DNA of 33,695 nucleotides from an uncultured Methanosarcinales archaeon (GTDB lineage Archaea; Nanobdellota; Nanobdellia; Woesearchaeales; JAGLXL01): NCBI GenBank assembly GCA_964372795.1, contig CAYJSO010000001.1, positions 2,993 to 36,687 of the forward strand, read 5' to 3'. Shown piece by piece: positions 33,649 to 33,695 of this stretch (position 1 is its first letter; each line of letters starts with the position of its first letter). The notes under the pieces were generated by a model. It saw only the letters and a program-made list of their open reading frames with translations, ran no database searches and was not told where the DNA came from. The position numbers and the translations under genes were made by a program.

Positions 33649-33695
33649 TTTCATAAGTTGCAAATAGCCATTCTCAACATTCCACGACCATCATA

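Noticed and set aside
1..33695. Looked for mobile-element hallmarks (transposase, integrase, tRNA-adjacent att sites) that would mark the glycosylation region as a classical genomic island.
   Set aside because: None of the translated ORFs has transposase, integrase or recombinase motifs, and no tRNA gene is present. The only recombination footprints are the GT2 3' relic and the direct repeat at the NFACT truncation.

Overview
AT-rich, gene-dense window that looks archaeal, possibly from a small-genome DPANN-like lineage. Supporting this: a Fap7/AK6-type kinase, an NFACT (Rqc2/RqcH-type) gene, a 5S rRNA with archaeal/eukaryal-like loop C sequence, a DUF354 gene, and TATA-like TTTATAAA/TTTAAATA boxes about 26-31 nt upstream of first-gene start codons. 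Shine-Dalgarno motifs appear mainly at internal operon genes. Positions 1-5600 carry housekeeping content: an ABC ATPase, a YhgE/Pip-like ABC-2 permease, the Fap7-like kinase, a decayed NFACT gene, a small membrane protein and a stand-alone 5S rRNA. From about 5600 to the window end lies a ~28 kb cell-surface glycosylation island. It holds two nucleotide-sugar supply operons: a sugar-1-P nucleotidyltransferase with Ugd and a UDP-GlcA 4-epimerase-like enzyme, and a small cupin with a swivel-His protein, RmlB, RmlA and a DegT aminotransferase. It also holds three intact GT2 genes plus one GT2 relic, two GT-C membrane glycosyltransferases, a Wzx-type flippase, a flippase-like LPG_synthase_TM protein, DUF354, an LbH acetyltransferase, two membrane-anchored SGNH proteins, a SemiSWEET/PQ-loop protein and a YdbS/YdbT-like bPH_2 pair. 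The best candidates for undescribed biology are: (i) a minus-strand operon GT2 -> orphan 422-aa membrane-anchored protein -> flippase-like protein -> DUF354; (ii) an SxtI/SxtJ/SxtK-like carbamoyltransferase membrane module that includes a 59-aa gene missing from the ORF track; (iii) a swivel-histidine (PEP-utilizer mobile domain) protein translationally coupled inside the dTDP-sugar operon. I found no CRISPR array, transposase, integrase or tRNA. All family assignments come from reading motifs by eye and need HMM or structure confirmation.
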